A stretch of DNA of 64,000 nucleotides from Candidatus Parcubacteria bacterium (GCA_003599295.1 QZJK01000006.1:14681-78680), one strand, 5' to 3'. Numbered from the stretch's first letter, positions 17,990-28,531 are shown. Notes: generated by a model from the sequence alone, not told the origin. A program made the numbers and translations.

Positions 17990-19243
17990 ATGGAATCCGA
18001 CATAAAAGACAAGGCACTCGCGGCAGAGGGAGCGAAGCAAATTGACTGGGCGGCGCGTGATATGCCCGTGCTTCTTCAGGTGCGCGAGCGGTTCCGCAAG
18101 GAGAAGCCGCTCAAGGGCAAGCGCGTCGGAGCGTGTCTCCACGTCACCGTGGAAACGGCGAACCTCATGATAACGCTCAAAGAAGGCGGTGCCGACGTCG
18201 CACTCTGCGCGTCGAACCCGCTTTCATCGCAGGACGAAGCCGCAGCGGGCCTCGTCGAGAAGCACGGCATTCCCGTCCTCGCTATTTCCGGCGAAGACCG
18301 CGACACGTTCTTCAAACACATCAAAGCGATCATCGCGATGAAGCCGGACCTCACCATGGATGACGGGGCCGACCTCATTTCGACCATTCACAAGGACTAT
18401 CCGGACGTTCTCAAGGGTCTCATAGGAAGCACCGAGGAGACGACGACAGGGGTCATACGGCTCCGCGCGATGGCGCGGGATGGTGCCTTGAAAATACCCG
18501 TCGTCGCCGTGAATGACGCAAAGACGAAGAATCTTTTCGATAATCGCTACGGCACGGGCCAGTCCACGCTCGAAGCGATCATTCGCGCAACGGACATGCT
18601 CGTTGCGGGGCGCACGTTCGTTGTCGCGGGATACGGTTGGTGTGGAAAGGGGCTGGCGCTTCGCGCGCGCGGCATGGGCGCGAACGTCATCGTTACGGAA
18701 ATAGACGCGGTGAAAGCGCTCGAAGCCGCAATGGATGGGTACCGCGTGATGCCCATGGCCGAAGCCGCACCTTTGGGAGACCTTTTTTGCACGGTAACGG
18801 GAGACATCAACGTCATCCGCCGCGAGCACTTCGAAAAGATGAAGAACGGCGCTTTCGTGTGCAATTCCGGGCACTTTGACGTTGAAATAAACATCAACGA
18901 CCTCCGGAGCCTCGCCTCGGCGGACCCCGTCCGCATACGGGATAACGTGGACGAGTACACGATAGGGGGTAAGAAGATATACCTCCTCTCCGAAGGCAGG
19001 CTCGTGAACCTCGCGGCTGCCGAAGGGCACCCGGCGAGCGTCATGGACATGAGCTTTTCGACCCAGGCCCTGGCCGCAGAGTGGCTGACGGTGGGAAAGA
19101 GGAAAGAACCGGGGGTCTATGACGTCCCCGAGGCCATAGAACGCACGGTAGCCTCCCTAAAACTGGCCTCCATGGGACTTTCAATAGATGAATTGACTTC
19201 TGAACAGAAAAAGTACCTCGAAAGTTGGCAGGAGGGGACCTAA
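17990..19243 (+). CDS. ahcY: Adenosylhomocysteinase
   Basis: [53 protein letters not shown]. Confidence 0.97.
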   Translation: MESDIKDKALAAEGAKQIDWAARDMPVLLQVRERFRKEKPLKGKRVGACLHVTVETANLMITLKEGGADVALCASNPLSSQDEAAAGLVEKHGIPVLAISGEDRDTFFKHIKAIIAMKPDLTMDDGADLISTIHKDYPDVLKGLIGSTEETTTGVIRLRAMARDGALKIPVVAVNDAKTKNLFDNRYGTGQSTLEAIIRATDMLVAGRTFVVAGYGWCGKGLALRARGMGANVIVTEIDAVKALEAAMDGYRVMPMAEAAPLGDLFCTVTGDINVIRREHFEKMKNGAFVCNSGHFDVEININDLRSLASADPVRIRDNVDEYTIGGKKIYLLSEGRLVNLAAAEGHPASVMDMSFSTQALAAEWLTVGKRKEPGVYDVPEAIERTVASLKLASMGLSIDELTSEQKKYLESWQEGT

Positions 19244-19387
19244 AAACGGGTATTTGGGGACCAGTTTCTAGACTCTCTGTCAAATCCCATGGCATAAATA
19301 TGGCTCTGTAGAGCCAAGACAGGCCCTTGACAGGGGTCGCTCGTTATGCTAATGTATGTGGCGTAGGAAGGTTTCTTCCTGCATCAC

Positions 19388-19978
19388 ATGCAAATGATAG
19401 CTACAGGGGCCTTGATGGCCTTTTTTCTTTTGTCAGGAGCCGTCTCGGCGGAGCCGGTCAATGTTCGGGTAGAGGTCGCCTCTACCGAGCCAGCAACCGT
19501 CCCAGAGAAGGCAGACAACGTGTATTCTGTCTCGATGACAGGATATAACGCTGTGCCGGAACAGACGGACAGCGATCCGTATACAACCGCAAGCGGCGCC
19601 TACTCCGACCCGGACATCGTCGTCGCGCGCTCCGTAGACCTCGCCGACGAGCTCCCGTTCGGCACCGTCATCCGTTTTGTACTCCCGGAAGGGGATTCGA
19701 AGCCCCCGTGCGGCCTTTCGTCCGTCGGACACCTGCTTGGCCTTCGAGTAGTCGCAGACTCCATGCATCCGAGGAAGCGAAATCAAGTGGACGTCCTTTT
19801 TGACCATGAAAGGACCGTCTCGGTGAACGGAAAGCGCATGAACCCGGCTGTCGTGCTCGGCGTCTGCAAGGACATCGAAATACGCATAGTTGGTAAGATA
19901 GACATCAAACAGATGCCGAAGAGCCAGACCCAGCTTCTCGCACAAGTCGGCGAAGCCGCGCTCGCGCTCGAGAAGTAA
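19388..19978 (+). CDS. Exported 3D-domain (MltA-like) protein
   Basis: Signal peptide, TGYNAVPEQTDSDPYTTASG, LPFGT, ADSM...VDV. Confidence 0.75.
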   Translation: MQMIATGALMAFFLLSGAVSAEPVNVRVEVASTEPATVPEKADNVYSVSMTGYNAVPEQTDSDPYTTASGAYSDPDIVVARSVDLADELPFGTVIRFVLPEGDSKPPCGLSSVGHLLGLRVVADSMHPRKRNQVDVLFDHERTVSVNGKRMNPAVVLGVCKDIEIRIVGKIDIKQMPKSQTQLLAQVGEAALALEK

Positions 19979-19997
19979 AGCAGGTAGAATCTCTCGG

Positions 19998-20870
19998 ATG
20001 AGGCAGTGTTATGCCAGCGAGATCATAACCCCGAAGAAAGTACTTCTTCGGGGTTTATGGTTTGGGCCTAAGAAAGCGAAGCGAGCGTACGTCTGGGTGC
20101 ATGGGCTCGGCTCCTCCGTATTTTCTATGCAATCGCTCGCCACCCGTCTCGTTGACGGCAAGACGGCCGTTCTCATGTTTAACAATCGCGGGCACGACAA
20201 GGTAAGCCGTATCGCGCATGTCGGTGAAAGGTTGACCCGGAAAACGCATCTCGGTGGAGCCGCGCACGAAGTCTTCACCGATTCTGTCGATGACATGCAG
20301 GGGGCCATTAATTTCGCGAAGCGGCAGGGCGCGAAAGAAATTTTTCTTGTCGGGCACTCGACGGGCTGCCAGAAATCCATCTACTGGGCGAGCCGGAAGA
20401 AAAGCCGCGGCGTGAAGGGGATAGTGCTTCTCGGGCCGGTCTCGGATTGGTCTGCGGAAACGAAACTCAAGGGAAAGATAAAAATAGCGCGTGCCGAGGG
20501 TGTCGCGCGAGCTTTATTGAAACGCGGGAGAAAGCACGAGCTTCTGCCCCCCGGCGTCTGGCATGAGGTGTTGGACGCGCAGAGATTTTTAAGTCTCTAT
20601 ACACCCGAGAGCGTCGAAGAGATATTCACGTATGCGCAGCCGAAGAAAAATCCCCGCGTCTTGCGCGCCGTTCGTGTTCCCGTGCTTGTGTTGTGGGCGG
20701 AAAAAGAGGAATTCAGCGACCGTCCGGCGAAAGACGCTGTCGCGTGGTTCAGTAGGCATTTGCGAAAGGGGACGGCGCTCGTCGTGCCGCGCACGGGACA
20801 CCTCTTTCGCGGCGCGGAGACCCGAGTCGTACGAACGATACGGCAATGGACCCGTCCACACGGTTCGTAG
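19998..20870 (+). CDS. Alpha/beta hydrolase (DUF1749-like); C-terminus supplied by an inserted mini-element
   Basis: VHGLG, GHSTGCQ nucleophile elbow, PVSD, C-terminal GH. Confidence 0.85.
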   Translation: MRQCYASEIITPKKVLLRGLWFGPKKAKRAYVWVHGLGSSVFSMQSLATRLVDGKTAVLMFNNRGHDKVSRIAHVGERLTRKTHLGGAAHEVFTDSVDDMQGAINFAKRQGAKEIFLVGHSTGCQKSIYWASRKKSRGVKGIVLLGPVSDWSAETKLKGKIKIARAEGVARALLKRGRKHELLPPGVWHEVLDAQRFLSLYTPESVEEIFTYAQPKKNPRVLRAVRVPVLVLWAEKEEFSDRPAKDAVAWFSRHLRKGTALVVPRTGHLFRGAETRVVRTIRQWTRPHGS

Positions 20871-20927
20871 TCGAAGCTACATGGTGCGCGCAGCTTGAAA
20901 TCCCCAGAGACTGTTCCGTGTGACGGG
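20851..20927 (+). mobile_element. 77-bp non-autonomous copy of the GIY-YIG mini-element
   Basis: Ends CCCGTCCACACG / CGTGTGACGGG identical to the element at 58005-58303; TGGA direct repeats at 20847-20850 and 20928-20931. Confidence 0.8.
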
Positions 20928-20969
20928 TGGATGAAAATGCGCTGAATTAATGCTACGATTCCGCCATCT

Positions 20970-21743
20970 ATGGCCGTCGAAGAGGGTCTTGAACACGCAG
21001 GCGAGGCGCAAGAGGCGGGCATTCACGTCGCGCTTGCGGCCGAAAAACTGGGAGAATTTCTAGGTATTCCAATCACAAATACGCTTCTGACCAGCTGGGT
21101 AGTCATTGCTCTCCTGGTCGGGCTTGCGTTTCTTGTCCGCGGACGGCTTGCGATGATACCCGGCCGCCTACAGACGCTTCTCGAAGAGGCGTTTGTGTAC
21201 GTATACGACTATGTGGCCGAAACGCTTGAGAGCAGAGAGATGGCGCGACGCTTTTTCCCGCTCCTCATGACCATCTTTCTCTTCCTGTTCATCGGCAACA
21301 TGATCCACTTCGTGCCCGGCATCGGCTCGATCGAATATTTGGGAGAACCGCTCCTCCGCGCTCCTGCGACGGATCTCGTTGCTCCGCTCACACTCGCGCT
21401 CATTTCTTTTTTCGTCGTCGAGTTCACCGGCATCTTTGCTATCGGCGCATGGAAGTATGGGAGCAAATTCATCGTCAATCCTTTGAAAAATCCGATGGGT
21501 TTCGCGGTCGGCATTGTGGAGCTTATAAGCGAGCTCGTGCGCATCGTGTCGCTCTCGTTCCGTCTATTCGGGAATATTCTGGCCGGTGAGGTTATCATCG
21601 CGGTCGCTATTTTCTTCGCCCCTTTCTTGGGACCCCTGCCCCTCATGCTTTTCGAGATATTCATCGGTTTCCTTCAGGCCGCAATCTTTGCTCTCTTGAC
21701 GCTCTTTTACATCAAACTCGCGGTGACGGAGCCCGCTCACTAA
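20970..21743 (+). CDS. atpB: ATP synthase Fo subunit a
   Basis: ITNT, PGRLQ, SLSFRLFGNILAGE, FLQAAIFALLT. Confidence 0.96.
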   Translation: MAVEEGLEHAGEAQEAGIHVALAAEKLGEFLGIPITNTLLTSWVVIALLVGLAFLVRGRLAMIPGRLQTLLEEAFVYVYDYVAETLESREMARRFFPLLMTIFLFLFIGNMIHFVPGIGSIEYLGEPLLRAPATDLVAPLTLALISFFVVEFTGIFAIGAWKYGSKFIVNPLKNPMGFAVGIVELISELVRIVSLSFRLFGNILAGEVIIAVAIFFAPFLGPLPLMLFEIFIGFLQAAIFALLTLFYIKLAVTEPAH

Positions 21744-21861
21744 CTTTGGCTTGGTTGCCGCTTTGTTTCCCACGTTTTCGAGATACCTCTCTAACGAGTG
21801 ACAGAACGTGAACGAAAGTTGGCTTACGCGGCACGGTCAACAGGCGAAGCCAAAGTTAGTG
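21738..21861. repeat. Long-stem element with 15-bp perfect inverted repeat covering the atpB stop
   Basis: CACTAACTTTGGCTT (21738-21752) / AAGCCAAAGTTAGTG (21847-21861). Confidence 0.7.
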
Positions 21862-21900
21862 GCTTGGGCATGGCCGCACGAAGCGCATTAGAATTCTATA

Positions 21901-21948
21901 AAAACCTCGCCGCGGCAGGATGTTTCCGAAGAAACTCCCGCCGCGGCG
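21901..21948 (-). terminator. GC-rich terminator hairpin with cUUCGg loop
   Basis: CGCCGCGGC..GGA-GTTTC-TTCG-GAAAC..TCC..GCCGCGGCG followed by T-run on the minus strand; may act on both strands. Confidence 0.7.
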
Positions 21949-21975
21949 TTTGTTGTACTCGAACCGAGGTCTGGT

Positions 21976-22677
21976 TCAGTTGACCGGGCAGAATACGCGG
22001 CTATCGACGCTGTACTTCACGTCGTACCGACGCCGGTAGGCTTCAACATGCCAACCTTTTCCTCTGCCGCTTAACCCCACCCCGCCACTCCATCGCACTT
22101 CAACGACGTGAGAGGGGAGGTAGAAGAGGTTGGATTTTCCGGTATGTTGCAGTTTGCCCGGTTCGCCATACCGTTGCGCGGCGATCATCGTCGCGATGAT
22201 AGCGCACAGAGTGCTTTCATCGAAGAGATGACGTTCGGGCAGTGCCCCTTCCATCTCGTCGTGAGAGGCACCGTCCATGTTGCCGATGTCGAAAGAGTCG
22301 ACATCGAACGTCGTCCCCGCTTCGACAGGAAAAGCTTTCGGCAGGACGACCTGCGTGAATCCTTCGAAGCGGGAGTCGACGAAAGTCAATCCCTGCCCGT
22401 TGTAATTCACGTAGAATTTCAGCGGTTCGTGCCGTGCGGAAAGCGTGATAGTAAACGACTCCCGCGGCACGAGTGTCATCATGCGACCGATGGTCTTTCG
22501 GAGAGCCTCCTCCATGTGCTCGGTGAGCTTCGCGCCCCTGTTCTGCAGAGCGCGGAGCACTGCTTTTGGATCCTTGAACTTTTCTGCAGTCCGAGGGAGA
22601 GCAGTCGCACTCGCGATGTTAATCGCTGTGCTTAACTCGGCCAGCTGGCCGGGTGAAAAGGCTGTTCCACGTGACAT
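21976..22677 (-). CDS. Hypothetical protein with C-terminus resembling CLec-fold DGR-target-type proteins
   Basis: NLFY...VEVRW....GWHVEAY......SRVF pattern; family assignment from recall only. Confidence 0.6.
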   Translation of the reverse strand: MSRGTAFSPGQLAELSTAINIASATALPRTAEKFKDPKAVLRALQNRGAKLTEHMEEALRKTIGRMMTLVPRESFTITLSARHEPLKFYVNYNGQGLTFVDSRFEGFTQVVLPKAFPVEAGTTFDVDSFDIGNMDGASHDEMEGALPERHLFDESTLCAIIATMIAAQRYGEPGKLQHTGKSNLFYLPSHVVEVRWSGGVGLSGRGKGWHVEAYRRRYDVKYSVDSRVFCPVN

Positions 22678-22936
22678 CGTGGCTGTTCCTTTTATTGCTG
22701 TTGCACCATCGCACTTAGGGCATTGCTACCTTGCTTTGCCACAGCAGAAAAAGGCACGCGTTCGAGTCGCTTTCTGCTGCGGCAAAGATTTCCTTGGCAA
22801 AGAACTCCTGTATGTTTTTACTACAAATATTCAAGAAGTCAATATTTTTCGGTAGTCCTGACGAAGAAATGCTCCAACCTCCTTAGATTGCGAGATATTC
22901 ATTCTCGTGTTATAATACTTCTTCTATTTTTTGTAT

Positions 22937-23983
22937 ATGAAGCGGAAATGCTTTTGGCGAAATCCTGGATATAAGGCCTGCAAACCTCTCACCGGTCATC
23001 ATAAGACACGCTATCTCATTATTGGGGGTGGTGTTGCGGGTCTCTTTATAGCGCACTATCTGCTGAAGAAAGGTGTTAAAAAAATTACGGTTATCGATAA
23101 GGGAATAATTGGCTCAGGATCTACCGGTCAATCGGCAGGCATGCTTGTGGCTCAGTTAGAGACGGCACCGATAGAAAGGTTGGCTACACTCTATGGTCGG
23201 CGCGCCGCTGTGCGATATGCGCAGGCCCTTAAAGATGCGCAAGGGGAGGTTCGGCGGTTGATCCGGAAAGGAGAAATTGCCTGCGAGTATAAGAAACACA
23301 GCCTCAAGTTTTTCAAGAACGAATCTGGAAAAGGTAAGCATTTGGAGGAAAGTATTTCGGTTAATCCGATAAAGTTCATACAGGGTATGGCGCAATACTT
23401 GCGGTCGCGAGGGGTCGTCATTTACGAAAATACTTCCTTGCGCAAAGTGCAAGAAAACATCGCGGTGACTCCGCAAGGAACCATACGGTTCGAACACATC
23501 GCGTATGCGCTCGGCACCTCAGTGAGACATAAGACTCTCGAAAATTACGTGACTACGATATGCGTAACGCGTCCGCTCTCGTCAAAAAAGATACGCAGAT
23601 TGCGCCACGCGGGCAAGGAAATGTTCTTTCACGATGAACGGCAATCTTATCTTTACGGTAAGATTACTCAGGATCGACGGCTTTTAGTGGGCTACGGCGA
23701 TGTCCGCAGAAAATCAACCGGGGCAGCGGCACGCCTCCACGTTCCTCATGTGCGGAGCATCAAACGGTATATTAGACGCGCGATTGGAGCGAATGTCTCT
23801 GTACACCGCGCATGGAGCGCGGCATACTCTCTCTCCAAGAAACCGCTTCCGTATGTGTCTGTTTCAAGAGGAATAATCGGTGGAGCAGGTACGCAAATCG
23901 CCACCATCGCGATAGCGTCGTATTTGGCAAGTGCGATTCTTGGAGAAAAACATCCTCTCAATCGACTTTTTACGGATCGGTAG
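22937..23983 (+). CDS. FAD-dependent oxidoreductase (DAO/PuuB-like)
   Basis: IIGGGVAG, GSGSTGQSAG, VNPIKF, GVVIYENT; TGTTATAAT upstream. Confidence 0.85.
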   Translation: MKRKCFWRNPGYKACKPLTGHHKTRYLIIGGGVAGLFIAHYLLKKGVKKITVIDKGIIGSGSTGQSAGMLVAQLETAPIERLATLYGRRAAVRYAQALKDAQGEVRRLIRKGEIACEYKKHSLKFFKNESGKGKHLEESISVNPIKFIQGMAQYLRSRGVVIYENTSLRKVQENIAVTPQGTIRFEHIAYALGTSVRHKTLENYVTTICVTRPLSSKKIRRLRHAGKEMFFHDERQSYLYGKITQDRRLLVGYGDVRRKSTGAAARLHVPHVRSIKRYIRRAIGANVSVHRAWSAAYSLSKKPLPYVSVSRGIIGGAGTQIATIAIASYLASAILGEKHPLNRLFTDR

Positions 23984-24076
23984 GCTCCTTCAAAAGTTTG
24001 CCACGTCCCGGCCGGACACCTCGTGGATATCTGGGTTGATATCTTGTTGTTGTAATGCGAATATTAGGCATACTTC

Positions 24077-25318
24077 ATGCTTGAAAAGCCGAATCTATTG
24101 ATCGCTGGAGCCTCTGGAGGAGTGGCGAATGCTCTTCTGCACCACATGACCTCTGTTCGCGATCTTTTCGGCAAACTCATTCTTCTCGATAGAAACAACA
24201 AAGTTCTCAGAGACATTTATCTCGATCACGAGCGCCTTAAATACGAGTTTCTTGAAGTTGAATTGATGCTCCCCGATCGCGTCGATGAATACCATCGAAT
24301 ATTGCGTGAGCACGCTATCGACATCGTGCTCGACATCACCGATATGGACAGCCTTCCATTTATTGAGGCCACGAACGATGCCGCTGTGTCTTACGTGAAT
24401 ACCGGCATGAATGACGAGAAGTTAAGTATTGAGGAAACAGTCATCAGGGCATTCGAGAAGAAAGAATCATATAACAAAGCGCCTCATATTCTCTGTTCGG
24501 GTATGAATCCCGGGAACGTGAACATGTGGGTGCGATATGGCATATATAGGTTCGGCGTACCGAACGAGATCATTCACTTCGAGTACGATACTTCCAAATT
24601 CGTGCGGCAGTGGCATCCAATGATGACGTGGTCTGTGCACGAATTTCTTGTCGAATGCGTGCGAGATACGACTGGCAAGATTCTTGGCAGAGGACGTGAG
24701 AAGGTCGAACAACTTCTTCCGAATGCTCTGGAGCACCGAAAGAATATGCATGCAATTCTTTCGCCCATCATGAAGTTCGATAAGTATCCGGATGGCATGA
24801 TCACTATGCATGAAGAATGCGTAAGTATCGGAAATAAATACGATATTCCTTCCCAGTTTGTTTACGCGGTTCACCCGAAAACGATGGACCTTCTCGTGAA
24901 GATATACGAGAAGAAAGGAAACGTGAGCAAAGACGCGCTGGAGCTTGGCAACAACACGAGCGAAATGCTTGACGGTGCAGATAACATCGGCGTAGCACTC
25001 GAGTACAAAGATAAACGTGTATACTATTTTAATACCATCCCTAGTGTCGCGATCATCGGAACTAATGCTACCTTTACGCAGGTCATCGTCGGAGTGTTTG
25101 CGGCGCTCAATGTTTTAATATCTGATGAACTCCAGCCAGGAGCGTATTTTCCCGAGGATCTATTCGACACCTGCTACAGACATTTCGTGTTCGACAACAT
25201 GCGCGTGCAAGAGTTCGTTTTCCAAAAGGGGAGAAATGAGCACTTAAAACTCAAGTCCTTCAACCCGATGCTAAAGAGCCACAAGACTGATCACTATCGG
25301 CACCTCTACATAATTTAA
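24077..25318 (+). CDS. Homospermidine synthase-like (saccharopine dehydrogenase superfamily) protein
   Basis: GASGG Rossmann fold, GMNPG, HFEYDT, TWSVHEF..E, HEE, GADNIGV and NATFTQV parallel HSS motifs GANPG, HIAERDT, TWSVEGF..E, HNE, GIDELGV and NATGLQV. Confidence 0.78.
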   Translation: MLEKPNLLIAGASGGVANALLHHMTSVRDLFGKLILLDRNNKVLRDIYLDHERLKYEFLEVELMLPDRVDEYHRILREHAIDIVLDITDMDSLPFIEATNDAAVSYVNTGMNDEKLSIEETVIRAFEKKESYNKAPHILCSGMNPGNVNMWVRYGIYRFGVPNEIIHFEYDTSKFVRQWHPMMTWSVHEFLVECVRDTTGKILGRGREKVEQLLPNALEHRKNMHAILSPIMKFDKYPDGMITMHEECVSIGNKYDIPSQFVYAVHPKTMDLLVKIYEKKGNVSKDALELGNNTSEMLDGADNIGVALEYKDKRVYYFNTIPSVAIIGTNATFTQVIVGVFAALNVLISDELQPGAYFPEDLFDTCYRHFVFDNMRVQEFVFQKGRNEHLKLKSFNPMLKSHKTDHYRHLYII

Positions 25319-25324
25319 CCCTCC

Positions 25325-26560
25325 ATGCTCCGACACGTCAGAGAGATATTCGGAGCAGAACGTTCACCCATCTTCGTTTTTGGATTCATAGTTCTTTTTT
25401 GGACTATGGCGGACAGCGTTGGGCAATACATAGCTCCGCTCATGATCCAGAACCAAGGTTTCTCTAATACCGTAATAGGTTTCATTCTTGGTTTTTCATC
25501 GATAGCGGGTGCTTTTTTCGATTTTTGGGCCGGAAAAATATTCAAAAATACGGATTTCCGCAGAATATTTTTAGTAATGTTCGCACTGTGCTCTATTTAC
25601 CCTCTACTGCTTTGGTCGGCGAACACGATAACGCTCTTCTTATTCGCAATGGCTATCTGGGGGGTCTATTTTGACTTGTACGGGTTTGGCACCTTCGATT
25701 TTATCGGACGGTATTCAAATAAAGACACGCATGCGTCGAATTTCGGTATTGCACAGATGTTCCGAGCGCTTGGCCAATTACTCGCGCCTCTCATCGTTGG
25801 GTTCGTAATAGTAGAGGGTATTGATTGGCGGTCATTCGGTCTCTACTGGCTGTTCTTGCTCATAGCGTTTGCTTTTCTCCTTGTCCTCTTCCTCATGTAT
25901 CACAAACGAAGCCCTCAAAAGGAGGTTATAAAACCAAGAAGGCGGCATTTTTTTATTGAGCTCCGACTTTGGAGAAAGATGGGGTGGCATATGATGCCTA
26001 TTCTTTTCGTAACCTTCTATCTGTGGTCCATTGACGCCTTTTTTTGGACACTTTCGCCACTATATCCCGGGGCCGTCGGCCTTCCGGCGCAGTTTGGAGG
26101 ATTCATGCTTGCGGCGTTTGTCTTTCCCGTCCTTATTGTCGGCTGGTTTGTCGGGTCTCTGACCAAACGTTTCGGTAAAAAACGTACGGCAATTGTCAGC
26201 CTCCTCGCAGGTTCGGCGGTACTGTCTTTTTTCACGCTCGCGCCCAATCCTTTTTTGGGATTACTAGTCGTTCTTTTGGCGTCCTTTTTCACGAGCGTGG
26301 CGTTGCCCTCCATTAATTCTTGGTTTACAGGATATATTTATGATGTGCCTGCGTTGGAAGGCGAAACGGAGGGCTTGGCGGACCTTGCGCAGAACACTGC
26401 GTATATATTCGGGCCTTTCTTCGCCGGCGTTCTTGCAGATGTCGTGGGAATAGCAAGTGCGTTCACGATACTTGGGCTTGTGGGTTTTCTTGCTGCAGCT
26501 GTTCTTTTATTCCTAACCCCGAACAAGATTTTCATTCCAGTTAAGAAGTCGGAGATTTAA
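25325..26560 (+). CDS. MFS transporter
   Basis: About 12 TM helices, GSLTKRFGKKR motif-A-like loop, GPFFAGVLAD. Confidence 0.9.
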   Translation: MLRHVREIFGAERSPIFVFGFIVLFWTMADSVGQYIAPLMIQNQGFSNTVIGFILGFSSIAGAFFDFWAGKIFKNTDFRRIFLVMFALCSIYPLLLWSANTITLFLFAMAIWGVYFDLYGFGTFDFIGRYSNKDTHASNFGIAQMFRALGQLLAPLIVGFVIVEGIDWRSFGLYWLFLLIAFAFLLVLFLMYHKRSPQKEVIKPRRRHFFIELRLWRKMGWHMMPILFVTFYLWSIDAFFWTLSPLYPGAVGLPAQFGGFMLAAFVFPVLIVGWFVGSLTKRFGKKRTAIVSLLAGSAVLSFFTLAPNPFLGLLVVLLASFFTSVALPSINSWFTGYIYDVPALEGETEGLADLAQNTAYIFGPFFAGVLADVVGIASAFTILGLVGFLAAAVLLFLTPNKIFIPVKKSEI

Positions 26561-26584
26561 GATAGCTCTAGAATTATAAATCGT

Positions 26585-28105
26585 ATGGTAGAAGCAATAG
26601 AGAAGAATCAGAAGCCAGAGACACAAAAAGATCCGGATAAGAAGCTTGAGCAGATTTCCGTCGATTTGGCGCCTCTTACACCAGAGAGGCTTGATGAGGC
26701 GCTCTCACTCGCGCGTGTGATCTTCCCCGACATAGGTTCAAGCGAAGAACCACCCGACATCGTGTTTCCTGCAAGCCTTGAACCCGGGAAATATAGAGAA
26801 CAACTGGAAAGATTTAGCATCGATAAGCTCAATTACTGGCTTGCACAAGAGAACGGAAAAAGTGTAGGGATAATGGGTCTTTACAGCAGAACGGAAGATC
26901 CGAACGATACCGCATGGGTCGGATGGTATGGCGTCACTCCAGAGGCGCGCGGTAGAGGTGTAGGTGGCAAAATATTCCAAGAGACCATCGATAAGGCACG
27001 CACAGAGGGCGTAAAAGAATTAAAACTCTACACGACGGATGAAGACGATCCGGTAGCACACACGCTCTTCGAGAAATTTGGCTTTACAATTTCGAGCGAA
27101 GAAACCGCCCCAGAAGGTTACAAGATTACGTACATGTCAAAGCGGCTCGATGAAGCACCGCAGGAGCGCTCATTCATGCAGCGACTTATCGAGCGGAGCA
27201 GATACACACGCGATGATCCGAGCAATTTCAACACCGGTCTGGAGAGAAACGGCGAGAAATTCACTACAGAGACTATTGAGAGTATCGACCATCCTGATTT
27301 CCCAAAAATGCTCGACTTGTTCCGCAAAACGTTCAAACCAGACGAGGTTGATTCCCCCGAAACGATGCAACAATACATGGAAGAAAGCGAATTACTCATG
27401 CATATTATGAAAAATGACAAAGACGAAGTTGTGGCCGCACTTCTGGGGTATCGTTTTGATATGGGATCCAATGACCCGGCGTTCGCAAACAAAAGCATTT
27501 TCGGTGTTGATATGGTCACTACTAATCCCGAATATCAGCGAAAGGGACTCGCCAGGGAGTTATATATTTCTGCTGCGATGAAAGCCGAGAAAAACGCACA
27601 GGCTGAAGGAAAAAAGACTTCTCTCGCCATGGGAGAATGCACGTCCACTTCTGAAAAATTCTGGAATGATGTGGGGTGGAAGCGCATATATACTGTTGAT
27701 ACAAAAAACAAGAAACTCACAGAACTCAAGTATGTCCAGCCACCCGTGGAATTTGATGCAAAAACGGGCAAGTCAGCCGAGGGTCTAAGTGCAATACCGG
27801 AACATTTCATGACCGACAGTCTCGAACGGAAAACGCCGCCGACGAAAGAAGAGATTGCCGCAGTCGGAGCCGAGTGGCTCTCTTCTTTTGCCGAACCACA
27901 AGATTCTTTTGAAAGTCCGGAGGCGTATACAACCCATGAAGCCATGATGCAAGGGTACGTCGATGATTTCCAAAAGCAGCTAACTGGCGCCGAGCGCACC
28001 GTGCTATTGACCGAGCGAGCGCGGCGGCTGCTCTTAAGGCGCGGTTGGAGCATTGAAGAACATACTGCCGCTGACGGAGGAGTCGCGGGTCCAGAGGATT
28101 TTTAG
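26585..28105 (+). CDS. Tandem (two-domain) GNAT acetyltransferase
   Basis: VTPEARGRGVG and NPEYQRKGLA acetyl-CoA motifs; LFEKFGF and FWNDVGW. Confidence 0.85.
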   Translation: MVEAIEKNQKPETQKDPDKKLEQISVDLAPLTPERLDEALSLARVIFPDIGSSEEPPDIVFPASLEPGKYREQLERFSIDKLNYWLAQENGKSVGIMGLYSRTEDPNDTAWVGWYGVTPEARGRGVGGKIFQETIDKARTEGVKELKLYTTDEDDPVAHTLFEKFGFTISSEETAPEGYKITYMSKRLDEAPQERSFMQRLIERSRYTRDDPSNFNTGLERNGEKFTTETIESIDHPDFPKMLDLFRKTFKPDEVDSPETMQQYMEESELLMHIMKNDKDEVVAALLGYRFDMGSNDPAFANKSIFGVDMVTTNPEYQRKGLARELYISAAMKAEKNAQAEGKKTSLAMGECTSTSEKFWNDVGWKRIYTVDTKNKKLTELKYVQPPVEFDAKTGKSAEGLSAIPEHFMTDSLERKTPPTKEEIAAVGAEWLSSFAEPQDSFESPEAYTTHEAMMQGYVDDFQKQLTGAERTVLLTERARRLLLRRGWSIEEHTAADGGVAGPEDF

Positions 28106-28228
28106 ATTTATAATCGAGCAGATTGTTTCGTGTGTTATTTCCGGCACGTGTACTTAAGGTCGTAGTCTTGGCCGCCGAAGAATTTCTTTGCGAAGCGACC
28201 CTTCTTTTGTTTTGCTATACTGAAGCGC

Positions 28229-28438
28229 GTGAAGATATATCGTCGGTTCAAGAAAAGGCATCGTCTACTCCACATCATGATAGTGGCGATTGCTATCGTC
28301 ATGTTCTGGAGAGGAGTATGGTCGCTTCTGGACACGTATCTTTTGCCCGATCATTTTCTTATAAGTAACCTGGTATCAATCCTAGTCGCATTTTTTATTT
28401 TGTATCTTGACGATTTCCATCTCAAGGAGTTGGAATAA
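28229..28438 (+). CDS. Small membrane protein (FWRGVW..LD, Fuseless-like motif)
   Basis: Two TM helices; TGCTATACT just upstream of the GTG start. Confidence 0.7.
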   Translation: MKIYRRFKKRHRLLHIMIVAIAIVMFWRGVWSLLDTYLLPDHFLISNLVSILVAFFILYLDDFHLKELE

Positions 28439-28531
28439 GTTTGTTATCGTTGCATCAGTTTCGTTTAACCCCTGAACAATTTGTTCCGAGCCTATTCGTG
28501 GGGCGTGAGTCGCATTTCAGACGTATGTTCG

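Noticed and set aside
10053-19030. Long antisense ORFs over guaA, rsmH, ftsI, the kinase and ahcY
   Set aside because: Shadow frames of GC-rich coding genes; the same applies to those over atpA, atpD, ftsW and aspS.
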